The position numbers and the translations under genes are program-made. This document shows positions 1 through 8,732 of a stretch of 64,000 bases of DNA, piece after piece (position 1 is the stretch's first letter; each line of letters starts with the position of its first letter). The DNA is from Actinomycetota bacterium (GTDB taxonomy: Bacteria; Actinomycetota; UBA4738): the NCBI GenBank assembly GCA_046726275.1, contig JBKPAF010000040.1, positions 174 to 64,173 on the forward strand. Reading direction: 5' to 3'. The notes under the pieces were generated by a model, which searched no databases, had not been told where the DNA came from, and saw only the letters and a list, made by a program, of their open reading frames with translations.

Positions 1-1
1 C

Positions 2-286
2 AAGATCGTCCGACACGTCCTGGAAGCCGAGGGGGGTTACTTGGCGGGGATAGGGGTCAAGCACAGGCCCGACGAGAAGGCCTCCCCAGAGGACGAGCTG
101 CCCCGGGTGCGCAAGGTCATTCTCCAGGCCCTGTCCGACGCGGTGGGCGTGGAGCCCGTTCGACGAGGACCCAGGGGCGGTGCCCGTTGGCCTCCCAGGT
201 ACTTCGTTCGTCGATCCGCCTGGCACGTCCTGGACCACGCGTGGGAGATCGAGGATCGATCCACTGACTCGAAGGGAGCCGCATGA
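2..286 (+). CDS. DinB-like protein, C-terminal part (gene starts upstream of window)
   Basis: Frame is open from the window edge to TGA 284-286. The tail ...PRYFVRRSAWHVLDHAWEIEDR resembles the C-terminal His-containing helix of DinB-fold proteins. The stop overlaps the next start (ATGA). Confidence 0.45.
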   Translation, partial: KIVRHVLEAEGGYLAGIGVKHRPDEKASPEDELPRVRKVILQALSDAVGVEPVRRGPRGGARWPPRYFVRRSAWHVLDHAWEIEDRSTDSKGAA

Positions 287-669
287 ACGTCATTCGAACG
301 ATCACCGTCGATTGTGCAGACGCCGGAGTCGTCGGCCGCTTCTGGGAGACAGTCCTGGGGTGGCCGCTGGAGGTGGAATCGGACGGTTCGGCGCCTTCCC
401 CCGGAGAAGCCTTCCTCCAGAATCCGACGGGCGGCCCGAACATGCTGTTCCAACGGGTGCCGGAGCCCAAGCGCGTCAAGAACCGCGTGCATCTGGATCT
501 CGGTCCCACCGACCACACCCGGGACGAAGAGGTCGCCCGCCTTGAAGGGGCCGGGGCAACGGTCGTCGGGGACCACAGGAAGGCGGACGGGACCGGCTGG
601 GTCGTGATGGCCGACCCCGAGGGGAACGAGTTCTGCGTGGAGCGCAGCGACGCCGAACGCGCGTCCTGA
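283..669 (+). CDS. VOC (glyoxalase-like) family protein
   Basis: ORF track. VDCADAGVVGRFW, FQRVPEPKRVKNRVHLDL and DPEGNEFCV are typical of glyoxalase-like domain proteins. It is a clear paralog of 19338..19781. Confidence 0.85.
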   Translation: MNVIRTITVDCADAGVVGRFWETVLGWPLEVESDGSAPSPGEAFLQNPTGGPNMLFQRVPEPKRVKNRVHLDLGPTDHTRDEEVARLEGAGATVVGDHRKADGTGWVVMADPEGNEFCVERSDAERAS

Positions 670-682
670 GGATGCCCAGCGG

Positions 683-1054
683 ATGCCCCGGCCACGCGTG
701 ACCCGCCGGCGCATCCTTGAGTTCGCCCTGCGTTTCCCCGGCGCCTTCGAGGACCACCCCTGGGAGGAGGACGTGGTGAAGGTGGGCAAGAAGATCTTCG
801 TGTTCCTGGGCAGCGAGGACTCGCCGGAGCCGGGGATGACGGTGAAGTTGGATGAGTCGCACGAACAGGCCCTGGCCGTCCCGGGCGCCCAACCGACGGG
901 CTACGGGCTCGGCCGGTCCGGTTGGGTCACCCTTCATTTTCGCGACACCACCCCACCGCTCGAGGTGCTGAAGGACTGGGTCGAGGAGAGCTATCGTCGC
1001 GTCGCACCGAAGCAATTGGTCGCGGAGCTCGACGCGCGCCCGCGCCGTCGCTGA
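683..1054 (+). CDS. MmcQ/YjbR family DNA-binding protein
   Basis: ORF track, ATG 683. FEDHPWEEDVVKVGKKIFVFLG and GWVTL segments are typical of the YjbR/MmcQ fold. Confidence 0.8.
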   Translation: MPRPRVTRRRILEFALRFPGAFEDHPWEEDVVKVGKKIFVFLGSEDSPEPGMTVKLDESHEQALAVPGAQPTGYGLGRSGWVTLHFRDTTPPLEVLKDWVEESYRRVAPKQLVAELDARPRRR

Positions 1055-1062
1055 CGGATCTC

Positions 1063-2016
1063 ATGGTCCAGAGGGGAGAGATGGAGGAAGCACCGCGGGC
1101 ACCGGGACGGCCGCTGAAGGTCGGTGTCCAGCTCCCGGAGGTGGAACGGGAGGTCCGCTGGCCGGAGCTCCGCGACATGGCCCGGGCGGCGGAGGAAGTC
1201 CGGTTCGACTCGATCTGGGTGGGAGACCATCTCCTGTACCGCGACCCCGATCGGCCGCCCACCGGTCCCTGGGAGGCCTGGTCGACGCTGGCGGCGCTGG
1301 CCGCCGTCACCGAGCGGGTGGAGATCGGTCCTCTCGTCGCGAGCGTCTCATTCCACAACCCGGCCATGCTGGCGAAGAAGGCGGCCACCATCGACGACAT
1401 CAGCGGCGGCCGGCTGATCCTCGGCTTGGGTGCGGGATGGAACGAGCCGGAGTACCGAGCCTTCGGGTTCCCCTTCGATCACCGGGTCGACCGATTCGAG
1501 GAGGCCTTCACGATCATCCGAGGCCTGCTCCGCGACGGCGAGGTGGATTTCGCCGGGCGCTATCACCAGGCTCGGGAGTGTCTGTTGTTCCCCCGACCCG
1601 AACGGACGACGGGGCCACCGCTCATGGTCGGGACGACCGGCCCTCGGATGCTCCGCCTCGCAGCCGCTCACGCCGACGCGTGGAACGCCTGGTACTCGTG
1701 GTTCGGCAATCGACCCGAGGGCATCGGTGCGGTGCGCGAGAAGGTCGACGCCGCCTGCGCCGCCGAGGGCCGGGACCCGGCAACGCTCCAGCGCACGGTT
1801 GCGGTCCTCGTCCAGACCGACCAAAGTGCGATGGCCAGGCGCGGCGGTGCCGAGGAGACGGCGCCGCCGGTGCGCGGCTCGGCGGACGAGGTTGCCGAGA
1901 CCCTCCACTCGTTCGCCAGGGAAGGCATTTCGCACGTACAACTGGTGGTGGATCCGATCACCGTCCGGTCGATCACCCGATTGGGCCCCGTCCTGGAGAG
2001 GCTGGACCGCGAGTGA
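1063..2016 (+). CDS. LLM-class (luciferase-like) F420/flavin-dependent oxidoreductase
   Basis: ORF 922..2016 trimmed to ATG 1063. LKVGVQLPE..., FDSIWVGDHL and GRLILGLGAGW are characteristic LLM segments. Confidence 0.85.
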   Translation: MVQRGEMEEAPRAPGRPLKVGVQLPEVEREVRWPELRDMARAAEEVRFDSIWVGDHLLYRDPDRPPTGPWEAWSTLAALAAVTERVEIGPLVASVSFHNPAMLAKKAATIDDISGGRLILGLGAGWNEPEYRAFGFPFDHRVDRFEEAFTIIRGLLRDGEVDFAGRYHQARECLLFPRPERTTGPPLMVGTTGPRMLRLAAAHADAWNAWYSWFGNRPEGIGAVREKVDAACAAEGRDPATLQRTVAVLVQTDQSAMARRGGAEETAPPVRGSADEVAETLHSFAREGISHVQLVVDPITVRSITRLGPVLERLDRE

Positions 2017-2729
2017 TCGACGAGGGGGACATCCAGCCGATCCTGCTCGGCCACTACACGATGCCGCAGGAGAGCAGGTTCCCGGGCCAGAAGATCGTGG
2101 TCCGCGCCTACCTGATCCATCATCCGGACCGACTCGTCCTGTTCGACACGGGGATCGCCGAGGGCCATGAGGAGGCGGAGCGCACCTACGCTCCGATCGT
2201 CAGGCGCCCGCTCCCCGAAGCCCTCGGGTCCGCGGGGTCCTCTCCCGAAGACGTCGGCGCCGTGGCCAACTGCCATTTCCACCTCGACCACTGCGGGGGG
2301 AACCCGTTGTTCCCGGATCGGCCCATCTTCGCTCAGGCTCGCGAGTACGAGGCCGCCACCGCGGGCGGTTTGGACTACACCCTGCCGAGCCTGTTCGACT
2401 TCGCCGGCGCCACGATCGAGCTCCACGACGGATACGCCGACATCGCATCGGGGCTGCGGGCCATTCCCACTCCAGGGCATACGCCTGGACACCAGTCACT
2501 GCTGGTGGAGACGCGGCAGGGCCGAATCCTCCTGGCCGGCCAGGCGGCCAACACGGCGTCGGACTTCGCCATGGCTCACTACGCGTGGCTGCTACGACGA
2601 GGGGGTTCGAGGGAGGAGGTGCCCGAGATCCCCGCATGGCTGGACACCGTGCAGGAGCTCGACGTCCGCCGGGTGCACTTCGCCCACGACCTTCTGTCGT
2701 GGGGACCTCCGCCGCCCCCGCCGGGCTGA
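2013..2729 (+). CDS. MBL-fold metallo-hydrolase (N-acyl-homoserine-lactonase-like)
   Basis: GTG 2013 overlaps the upstream stop (GTGA). The HxHxDH zinc motif appears as CHFHLDHCGG, followed later by TPGHTPGH. The upstream part of ORF 1437..2729 is Arg/Pro-rich junk. Confidence 0.8.
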   Translation: MIDEGDIQPILLGHYTMPQESRFPGQKIVVRAYLIHHPDRLVLFDTGIAEGHEEAERTYAPIVRRPLPEALGSAGSSPEDVGAVANCHFHLDHCGGNPLFPDRPIFAQAREYEAATAGGLDYTLPSLFDFAGATIELHDGYADIASGLRAIPTPGHTPGHQSLLVETRQGRILLAGQAANTASDFAMAHYAWLLRRGGSREEVPEIPAWLDTVQELDVRRVHFAHDLLSWGPPPPPPG

Positions 2730-2737
2730 CCGGGACT

Positions 2738-3670
2738 TCAAGCCGGAGCGATTTCCGGAGAGATGGCTTCGTCCTGCGCGCGGGTTGCCCGGTGCACGAC
2801 GACACCCACCGCCAGCACGGCCATCACCCCGCCGACGATCGACAGCGCGGGCAGCGGCTCGCCCAGAAAGATCATGGCCGCGACCGCGGCGATCACCGGC
2901 TCGGCCAGGATCAGCAGGGACGAGATGGACACGTCCACCTGGGCGTGCGACCAGGCCAGGAGGGAGTGCCCCGCCTGGGCCGTGGCCACGAATAGGATCA
3001 GCCACAGGAAGTCCTGCCACCGGACCGCGAAGCTCTGCCCGGAAAGCAGCGCAACCGGCGTGACGACGACCGCAGCAACGATGGTCACGGCGGTCATGTA
3101 CTCGAGGGCCCGGATCTCCTGCCGGATGCGCTTGGACAGAAGCCAGTACGTCGTCCACGCGAAGAGCGCCGCGACCGCCCACAGGTCCCCCTCCAGACTC
3201 CACACCGGCGTCCCGCTCGAGCCCACGACGACGAGTGCCACCCCGCCCAGAGAGACCGCCGTCCATGCCACGTCGTGCGCCGTCACCTGCTCGCCGAACA
3301 TCGGGCCAGCCACCAGCAGCGTGAGGGCCGGCTGGAGCGCCGCCACGATCAGTACGTCGGCCACGCTGGTCAGTTTCAAAGCCGTAAAGAAGAAGCACAG
3401 GTTGGCGCCGAACAGGATGCCGCTGGGAATCGTCCTACGAAGGATCGGCCACGAGAGTCGCCGGCCCATCACCAACAGGAGGGCGACCATGAGCACCGCC
3501 CCCAACCAGAGTCGGTAGAAGGCGAACACCAGCGCCTCGAGCTGGCTGATCTTGATCACGACGTTCATCACCGAGAACGCCGCGATGGGACAGATGACCG
3601 CCAGCACGCCGCGCCTGGTCGCCCTGGGCTTTCTGGTCGGGACCGAGTCGGAACCGGGCTCTGTCACCAC
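2738..3670 (-). CDS. EamA/DMT family transporter
   Basis: ORF track (GTG start). The protein is hydrophobic throughout, with two EamA-like halves. Confidence 0.85.
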   Translation of the reverse strand: MVTEPGSDSVPTRKPRATRRGVLAVICPIAAFSVMNVVIKISQLEALVFAFYRLWLGAVLMVALLLVMGRRLSWPILRRTIPSGILFGANLCFFFTALKLTSVADVLIVAALQPALTLLVAGPMFGEQVTAHDVAWTAVSLGGVALVVVGSSGTPVWSLEGDLWAVAALFAWTTYWLLSKRIRQEIRALEYMTAVTIVAAVVVTPVALLSGQSFAVRWQDFLWLILFVATAQAGHSLLAWSHAQVDVSISSLLILAEPVIAAVAAMIFLGEPLPALSIVGGVMAVLAVGVVVHRATRAQDEAISPEIAPA

Positions 3671-3789
3671 TGAAAGGCATTGTGACAGTCACGCGGGTTC
3701 GCGCTCCAAGAGCCCAGCTCGCCGAGGTGGCGGCGACCGCGCCGCCGTCATAGGGTCAGCGCCACCACCACCAGCGAGAGGGAAGGGCC

Positions 3790-4255
3790 ATGCCGAAGGT
3801 CGAGTTCGACATCGAAACGACGGTCCCTGCCGAGCAGGTTCTCAAGAGCCTGATCGACTTCTCGGAACGGCGTCCGGAGATCTGGCCGGGGATCGATCCC
3901 AGCCAGTACGAGGTGTATTCGGTCGGAGAGACCGAGGCCGACGTAAAGGAAGGCTCGAGGATGCCCGGCGCGACCATCTGGGCCAGGGAGCACTACGACT
4001 GGTCGACACCGGGCACGGTGAGGTGGACCGTTCGGGAGAGCAATTTCTCGGCCCCGGGGAGCTACGTCTCGGCCACGGTGACGCCGAAGGACGACGGCGG
4101 CAGCCGCATCCACGTCACCTGGGATCGGACCGGGACGTCCTTCATCGGGCGAGTGGGCCGTCGCCCTGATCAGCTTGACGAAGGGGAAGCCGGTCGCCGA
4201 CTCGATGAGGAAGGCCCTGGAAAAGATGGAGCCCTCCTCGGGCACGCAGACGTAG
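3790..4255 (+). pseudogene. SRPBCC (polyketide cyclase/START-like) protein, apparent +1 frameshift near 4153-4157
   Basis: ATG 3790 gives an SRPBCC-like N-terminus (MPKVEFDIETTVPAEQVLKSLIDFSERRPEIWPGI...). That frame then runs stop-free to 4977 as the antisense of msrA. The next frame gives a plausible C-terminus, AVALISLTKGKPVADSMRKALEKMEPSSGTQT, with TAG 4253-4255, for a normal total length of about 155 aa. Confidence 0.55.
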
Positions 4256-4269
4256 GGCTCAGCCGGACG

Positions 4270-4791
4270 TCACCGGGCTGCAGGGATCAGTCCGAGCTCC
4301 TCAAGCGTTCGCGTCGGCACGACGTGGCAGTAGGGCTCGTGACCGTTCTTCTCGTAGTAGGCCTGGTGATAGCCCTCGGCCGGATAGAAGACGGTGAGGG
4401 GTCGGATCTCCGTGGCGATGGGCTTGGTGAACCGGCCCTGGGCTCGCTCACGGGACGCCTCCGCCGCAGCCTGCTGCTCCGGCGAGTGCGTGAAGATCGC
4501 GCTTCGATACTGGTCGCCGATGTCGGGTCCCTGCCGGTTGACCTGTGTCGGATCGTGCATCGCCCAGAACACGTCGAGCATCTGGTCGAATGTCACCCGC
4601 TCGGGGTCGAACGTCACCTGGCAGACCTCGGCGTGCCCGGTGGTGTGCGAGCACACCTCCTGATAGGTGGGGTTCTCGGTGACGCCGCCGCTGTATCCGG
4701 ACTCCACGGCCACCACCCCGGGGACGCGGCGAAAGACATACTCCACGCCCCAGAAGCATCCCGCCCCGAACGTCACCTTCTCCTCGGCCAT
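4270..4791 (-). CDS. msrA: peptide-methionine (S)-S-oxide reductase
   Basis: [18 protein letters not shown] active-site motif. ATG 4791 is preceded by GGGGAGGG. The ORF track allows a start up to 4836. Confidence 0.9.
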   Translation of the reverse strand: MAEEKVTFGAGCFWGVEYVFRRVPGVVAVESGYSGGVTENPTYQEVCSHTTGHAEVCQVTFDPERVTFDQMLDVFWAMHDPTQVNRQGPDIGDQYRSAIFTHSPEQQAAAEASRERAQGRFTKPIATEIRPLTVFYPAEGYHQAYYEKNGHEPYCHVVPTRTLEELGLIPAAR

Positions 4792-4873
4792 GTCACCCTC
4801 CCCGTGAATCGACAACGGCTGTTCTCGTCCCACCATAGTCGCAGGCCGGAGAAAATCGGGCCCGCTTGGGGCT

Positions 4874-5473
4874 TCAGAAGGCCCGGCGGCGTTCCCGGAG
4901 GCGGGCGAGGACGTCGAGGATCCGCTGGTTTGGGGGCGTGTCGGCCACGTGCCGGTTCCGGTGAGCCATCCGGATGAGCCCCTCCGTGTCCACCACGAAC
5001 GTCCCCGGCATCTGCATGAACTTGCCCCCCTTCAGGCCGCGCTGGATCGTCTGCCTGTGCAGGTTCGCTCGGAGGAAGGGGAGGGCCGTCCTGGGCCCGA
5101 CCACCTGCGCCGGACGGGCCTTCGAAAGGCCATACGCACGATAGGCCGAGCGGTCGGGGTCCACCAGGCACTCGAAGGGATGGTCCATCCGGCGGGTGAA
5201 GGCGACCGCGTCTGAAGGGGTTCCCTGGCCGATGAGGACGATCCCGGCCCCAGCGTCCTCGAATCGCTCACGGTCCTTCTTCAGCCCCACGACCTGGGAC
5301 TGGCAGAACGGGCACCCGAAATAGCGAAGGAACACGACGACCGCCGGCTCCCGTTGCCAGCAGTCGGACAGCGTGGCCTCCCGGGCAGCCATGTCCAGGA
5401 GCGACACGTCCGGGGCGGGGTCGTCCAGGCCCGGTCCCTTGACACCTGGCCCCCGGATCTCCGGTGCGGTCAA
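4874..5473 (-). CDS. peroxiredoxin-like (AhpC/TSA, redoxin) family protein
   Basis: ORF track. Thioredoxin-fold with FGCPFCQ (CxxC) and an N-terminal APDVSLLD...LSD pattern. Confidence 0.8.
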   Translation of the reverse strand: MTAPEIRGPGVKGPGLDDPAPDVSLLDMAAREATLSDCWQREPAVVVFLRYFGCPFCQSQVVGLKKDRERFEDAGAGIVLIGQGTPSDAVAFTRRMDHPFECLVDPDRSAYRAYGLSKARPAQVVGPRTALPFLRANLHRQTIQRGLKGGKFMQMPGTFVVDTEGLIRMAHRNRHVADTPPNQRILDVLARLRERRRAF

Positions 5474-7317
5474 TCGATCTCCATGGGCGCAGGCTCAGGC
5501 TCGGCCACGGCCCGTCGCATGGCGGCCGCGAAGGGGTCCTCCCCGACCCCCACGATCGGCAAACGGAAGGTGAAGGTGGAGCCGACGCCGACCTGCGTCT
5601 CGATCTCTAGCGCGCTCCCGTGCAGCTCGAGGATCTCCCCGGCGAGAGCCAGCCCCAGACCGAGGCCCTTCGTCCGGGCGGTCAGATCCCCCCCACGGAA
5701 GAACCGTTCGCCGAGGTGGAAGACCTCCTCCTCGGGGATCCCCGGCCCGTTGTCCTGGACGGCCACCACCGCGGTGCCGTCATCACTCCGAGCCGAGATC
5801 AGGACGTGCGTCCCCAGGGGAGTGTGCTTGGCCGCGTTCGACAGGAGATTCTCGATCACCCGCTCGATGAGGCCCTGATCCGCCTCGACAAGCAGGAGCT
5901 CCTCGGCTAGCACTTCGAGCGGCCGCTCCTTGAACAGGGGAGCCAGCCGCATCGCCACCTGGGCCACGAGCGCTCCCACGTCCGTCGGCTGCTTGGCCAC
6001 GTTCTGGCCCTCCGCCCCCAGCCGGGCGAAATCCAGGAGGGACGCGATCAGGCCATCGAGCGCCTTGGCGTTCCTGTTCATGGCCTTCAGGAGTTGCAGA
6101 CGCACGGTGTCGTCCAGGTCGGCCCATCGTTGCTCCAGGGTCGTTCCGGACCCCATGATCACGGTCAGGGGGGTGCGGATCTCGTGGGACGCGGTGGCCA
6201 GGAAGTCGTCCTTCAGGCGGTCGAGCTCCTCAAGCCGTTCCACCGTGTGCAGCGTCTCCTCGAACCGCTGGGCGTTCTCCACCGCCAGCCCGACCTGTCC
6301 GGCCAGGAGCTGGAACGCCTCGGCCTCGGCCTCCGGGATGGCCCGGCCGTCGCGCCTCGCTCCCAGCAGGGCTCCGGCGAGCCAGCCGTCCAGCCACACG
6401 GGGCTCGCGATCAGGGCATGGAACCCGGCGTCGAGGAGCGGCTGGGCCACATCCTCTGGGGCGGTGTGCGCCTCGTCGAGGATCACGGCCTCCCCGGTCG
6501 CGCGGACCAGCCCCGGAACGTCCCCGGTCGCAGAGTGCGTGGCCATGACGTAGTCGTCCGGAAGCCCTCGCGGATGCGTGACCACGAACGTCTCGGTCTC
6601 GTGATCGAACATGCAGACGGCGGCCGCGTCGAACCCGAGCCCGATGACGCTGTCGACGAAGCTCGCCATGACGGCGTCCTTGTCGAGCGTCATCTGACGG
6701 GCCGAGGCCGCCACCTCCGAGAGGACCGTCGCCCACCGCTCGGCCCGGTACCGCTCCTGCTGCAACGAGTCGATGTGGCCGAGGAGCTGGGCGGCCAGGA
6801 AGCTGACCAGCAGCGCCACGATCGCGAGGACCCCGCACCGGAAGAAGACCGTCGCCGCGCTGATGTCCCAGCCGGTCAGCAGGAGCACGCCGAGGTAGCA
6901 AGCGAAGGTGAAGAGGAGCAATGCGACCTGGCCGCGGGGCGGATAGGCGGCCCCGAAGAAGACTGTGGTCAGGGCGTAGAGGACGAACATCTCGGACTGG
7001 CCGCCCCCCGTGAACCCCACCGCCACGGTGATCAGCAGGATGTCCAGGACGGACCAGGCGTAGAGGGTCTTGACCCCGAGGTCGGTCGTGAAGAGGCGCT
7101 TCCATGGCAGGAGCAGGACTCCAATGGCGCCCAGGGAGGCCGAGACGATGACGGCGACGTAGGCGACGTCGTGGATCGTGCCGTGGCCGGGGAGGAGCCG
7201 AAACAGGATCAGCAGGAGCAACGCCAAAACGGTCGCCTGCAGACCGGTGCGGACGGCGCCCAGCCGGTAGGAGACCAGTGGCTCCGTGTGCGTGTTCGTG
7301 TCGAGCATGCCCCTCAC
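5470..7317 (-). CDS. sensor histidine kinase (multi-TM N-terminus, GAF, HisKA, HATPase_c), no adjacent response regulator
   Basis: ORF track. H-box FLATASHEIRTPLTVI and G-boxes DNGPGIPEEE / GLGLGLALAGE are present, with a GAF-like middle region ending in ENAQRFEE. An alternative ATG lies at 7308. Confidence 0.85.
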   Translation of the reverse strand: MRGMLDTNTHTEPLVSYRLGAVRTGLQATVLALLLLILFRLLPGHGTIHDVAYVAVIVSASLGAIGVLLLPWKRLFTTDLGVKTLYAWSVLDILLITVAVGFTGGGQSEMFVLYALTTVFFGAAYPPRGQVALLLFTFACYLGVLLLTGWDISAATVFFRCGVLAIVALLVSFLAAQLLGHIDSLQQERYRAERWATVLSEVAASARQMTLDKDAVMASFVDSVIGLGFDAAAVCMFDHETETFVVTHPRGLPDDYVMATHSATGDVPGLVRATGEAVILDEAHTAPEDVAQPLLDAGFHALIASPVWLDGWLAGALLGARRDGRAIPEAEAEAFQLLAGQVGLAVENAQRFEETLHTVERLEELDRLKDDFLATASHEIRTPLTVIMGSGTTLEQRWADLDDTVRLQLLKAMNRNAKALDGLIASLLDFARLGAEGQNVAKQPTDVGALVAQVAMRLAPLFKERPLEVLAEELLLVEADQGLIERVIENLLSNAAKHTPLGTHVLISARSDDGTAVVAVQDNGPGIPEEEVFHLGERFFRGGDLTARTKGLGLGLALAGEILELHGSALEIETQVGVGSTFTFRLPIVGVGEDPFAAAMRRAVAEPEPAPMEID

Positions 7318-7416
7318 ACAATCCTCGGCGTGCGAAACGGACGCTATAGCACCGGGAGGAGCCCGGAAAGCAGAAACCGCCGGAACCCGGAGGCCCCAGC
7401 GGCTTCTGAACTCAAT

Positions 7417-7445
7417 ATTTTAGTCGCGGCCTCGAGTGGAGTCAA
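7417..7445 (-). promoter_or_regulatory. sigma-70-like promoter candidate upstream of the sensor kinase
   Basis: The minus strand reads TTGACT (7445-7440), a 17-nt spacer, then TAAAAT (7422-7417). It sits in a locally AT-richer patch about 100 nt upstream of the kinase start. Confidence 0.4.
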
Positions 7446-7479
7446 GCCTGAACGGGCCGCGGATCGCCGCGAACCGAAT

Positions 7480-7899
7480 TCAGCGGCCTGACTGGTGGCC
7501 GTCGATCAGGCCGTAACGGACCATCTCCACGGCGATGCATCGGTTCTCCACGTAATCCAGGCCGGCGTCCTGGGCGATCCGCCTCGCTTCGTCCGAGGAG
7601 ATGCCGAGTTGGAGCCATACCGCCTTGGCGCCGATGGCCACCGCCTGCCGGACGACCTCAGGCGTCTCAGCCGAGGGGCGGAACACGTTGACCAGATCGA
7701 CGGGCTCCCGGATGTCCTCGAGCCTCCGGTAGACCTTCTCCCCGAGCAGGAGGTCCGCGTAGGGATTGACGGGGATGATCCGGTAACCGGCCATCTGCAT
7801 CTGCATGGGAACGCGCCCCGCTTCCTTGTGGGGATACCTGGAGATGCCAACCACAGCGATCACCTTCGACCGTCGCAGGATCGTCTTCGGGTCAGCCAT
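7480..7899 (-). CDS. CoA-binding protein (YccU-like)
   Basis: ORF 7480..8133 trimmed to ATG 7899. IAVVGISRYPHKEAG...GYRIIPVNP...VDLVNVFRP is a typical CoA_binding_2 domain. Confidence 0.85.
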   Translation of the reverse strand: MADPKTILRRSKVIAVVGISRYPHKEAGRVPMQMQMAGYRIIPVNPYADLLLGEKVYRRLEDIREPVDLVNVFRPSAETPEVVRQAVAIGAKAVWLQLGISSDEARRIAQDAGLDYVENRCIAVEMVRYGLIDGHQSGR

Positions 7900-7955
7900 G
7901 GCGCGCCTCACGCCTCGCACCGTTCTCGATGGAACGATACCCTCCGGCCCTCGGA

Positions 7956-8594
7956 CTAGTTGAGCGAAGGGTCGGGAGGCATGGTCGATAGGAGTGCGAA
8001 CCTGCCTCCCTTCCGAAACAAGACTTCGCTCCACAGCTTCTCCGGTTCGGGAGTGAACACGTCCTCCTCGAGAGCGGGCTCGATGATCCAGGATCCGATC
8101 TCGAGTTCTGCCTCGAGCTGGCCCTCGCCCCACCCCGCGTAGCCGGCGAATACCCGAGCCCGGCGGATGCCGTCCCGCTGCTTCCCGTCCACCTCGCCCA
8201 TCAGGAACCCGATGGAACCGAACACGATCAACCCGGCGAAGTCCGGGTGCTCCACGTCCGCCAGGACGACCGCCGACTCCGGCTGGACCGGACCACCCAC
8301 GAACACCGGGTCGCTGGGATCCACGAGATCAACGAGCACAGGCGCTGCGTCACCGACGGACACGGGGGCGGGTCGGTTGAGCACCACGCCCAGCGCGCCC
8401 TCATCATTGTGCTCACCGACCAGGACGACCGTGCGCCTGAAGTTGGGATCCATCAGGCTCGGGTCGGCGATCAGGAGCTGCCCCCGCAATCGGTCCACGG
8501 TCCCACTTTCCCTAGATCGGCTTCCGATCACGAGGATAGGATTAGCCGACCGGGCCTGCACGGGGAAGTCCGGACGCCCCACCGAAGGAGGCAA
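7956..8594 (-). CDS. YqgE/AlgH family protein (UPF0301)
   Basis: LLIADPSLMDPNFRRTVVLVGEHNDEGALGVVLNRP is the family signature. The true start may be GTG 8498, which is preceded by GGGAAAG. Confidence 0.85.
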   Translation of the reverse strand: MPPSVGRPDFPVQARSANPILVIGSRSRESGTVDRLRGQLLIADPSLMDPNFRRTVVLVGEHNDEGALGVVLNRPAPVSVGDAAPVLVDLVDPSDPVFVGGPVQPESAVVLADVEHPDFAGLIVFGSIGFLMGEVDGKQRDGIRRARVFAGYAGWGEGQLEAELEIGSWIIEPALEEDVFTPEPEKLWSEVLFRKGGRFALLSTMPPDPSLN

Positions 8595-8732
8595 CCATAG
8601 TTCAGTTGCGACCCGACCCCAGCCTCTACCCTTCGCCCAGGATGGCCGCAGAGGGTCAGGTCGCCTCGACGCGCTCTGGGCCGTCGCGCTGATCGTGGCC
8701 GCCGTCCCGGTCCTTCTCGCCTAGGGTCCCGG

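Noticed and set aside
37-789. 250-aa minus-strand ORF, and similar long antisense ORFs (e.g. 6094-7491 +, 9288-10565 -, 34000-35178 -, 36977-38671 -, 39985-41727 -, 60569-61987 -)
   Set aside because: They lie antisense or out of frame to genes with clear family signatures. Their translations are Arg/Pro/Gly/Trp-rich, as expected for stop-poor off-frames in GC-rich DNA.
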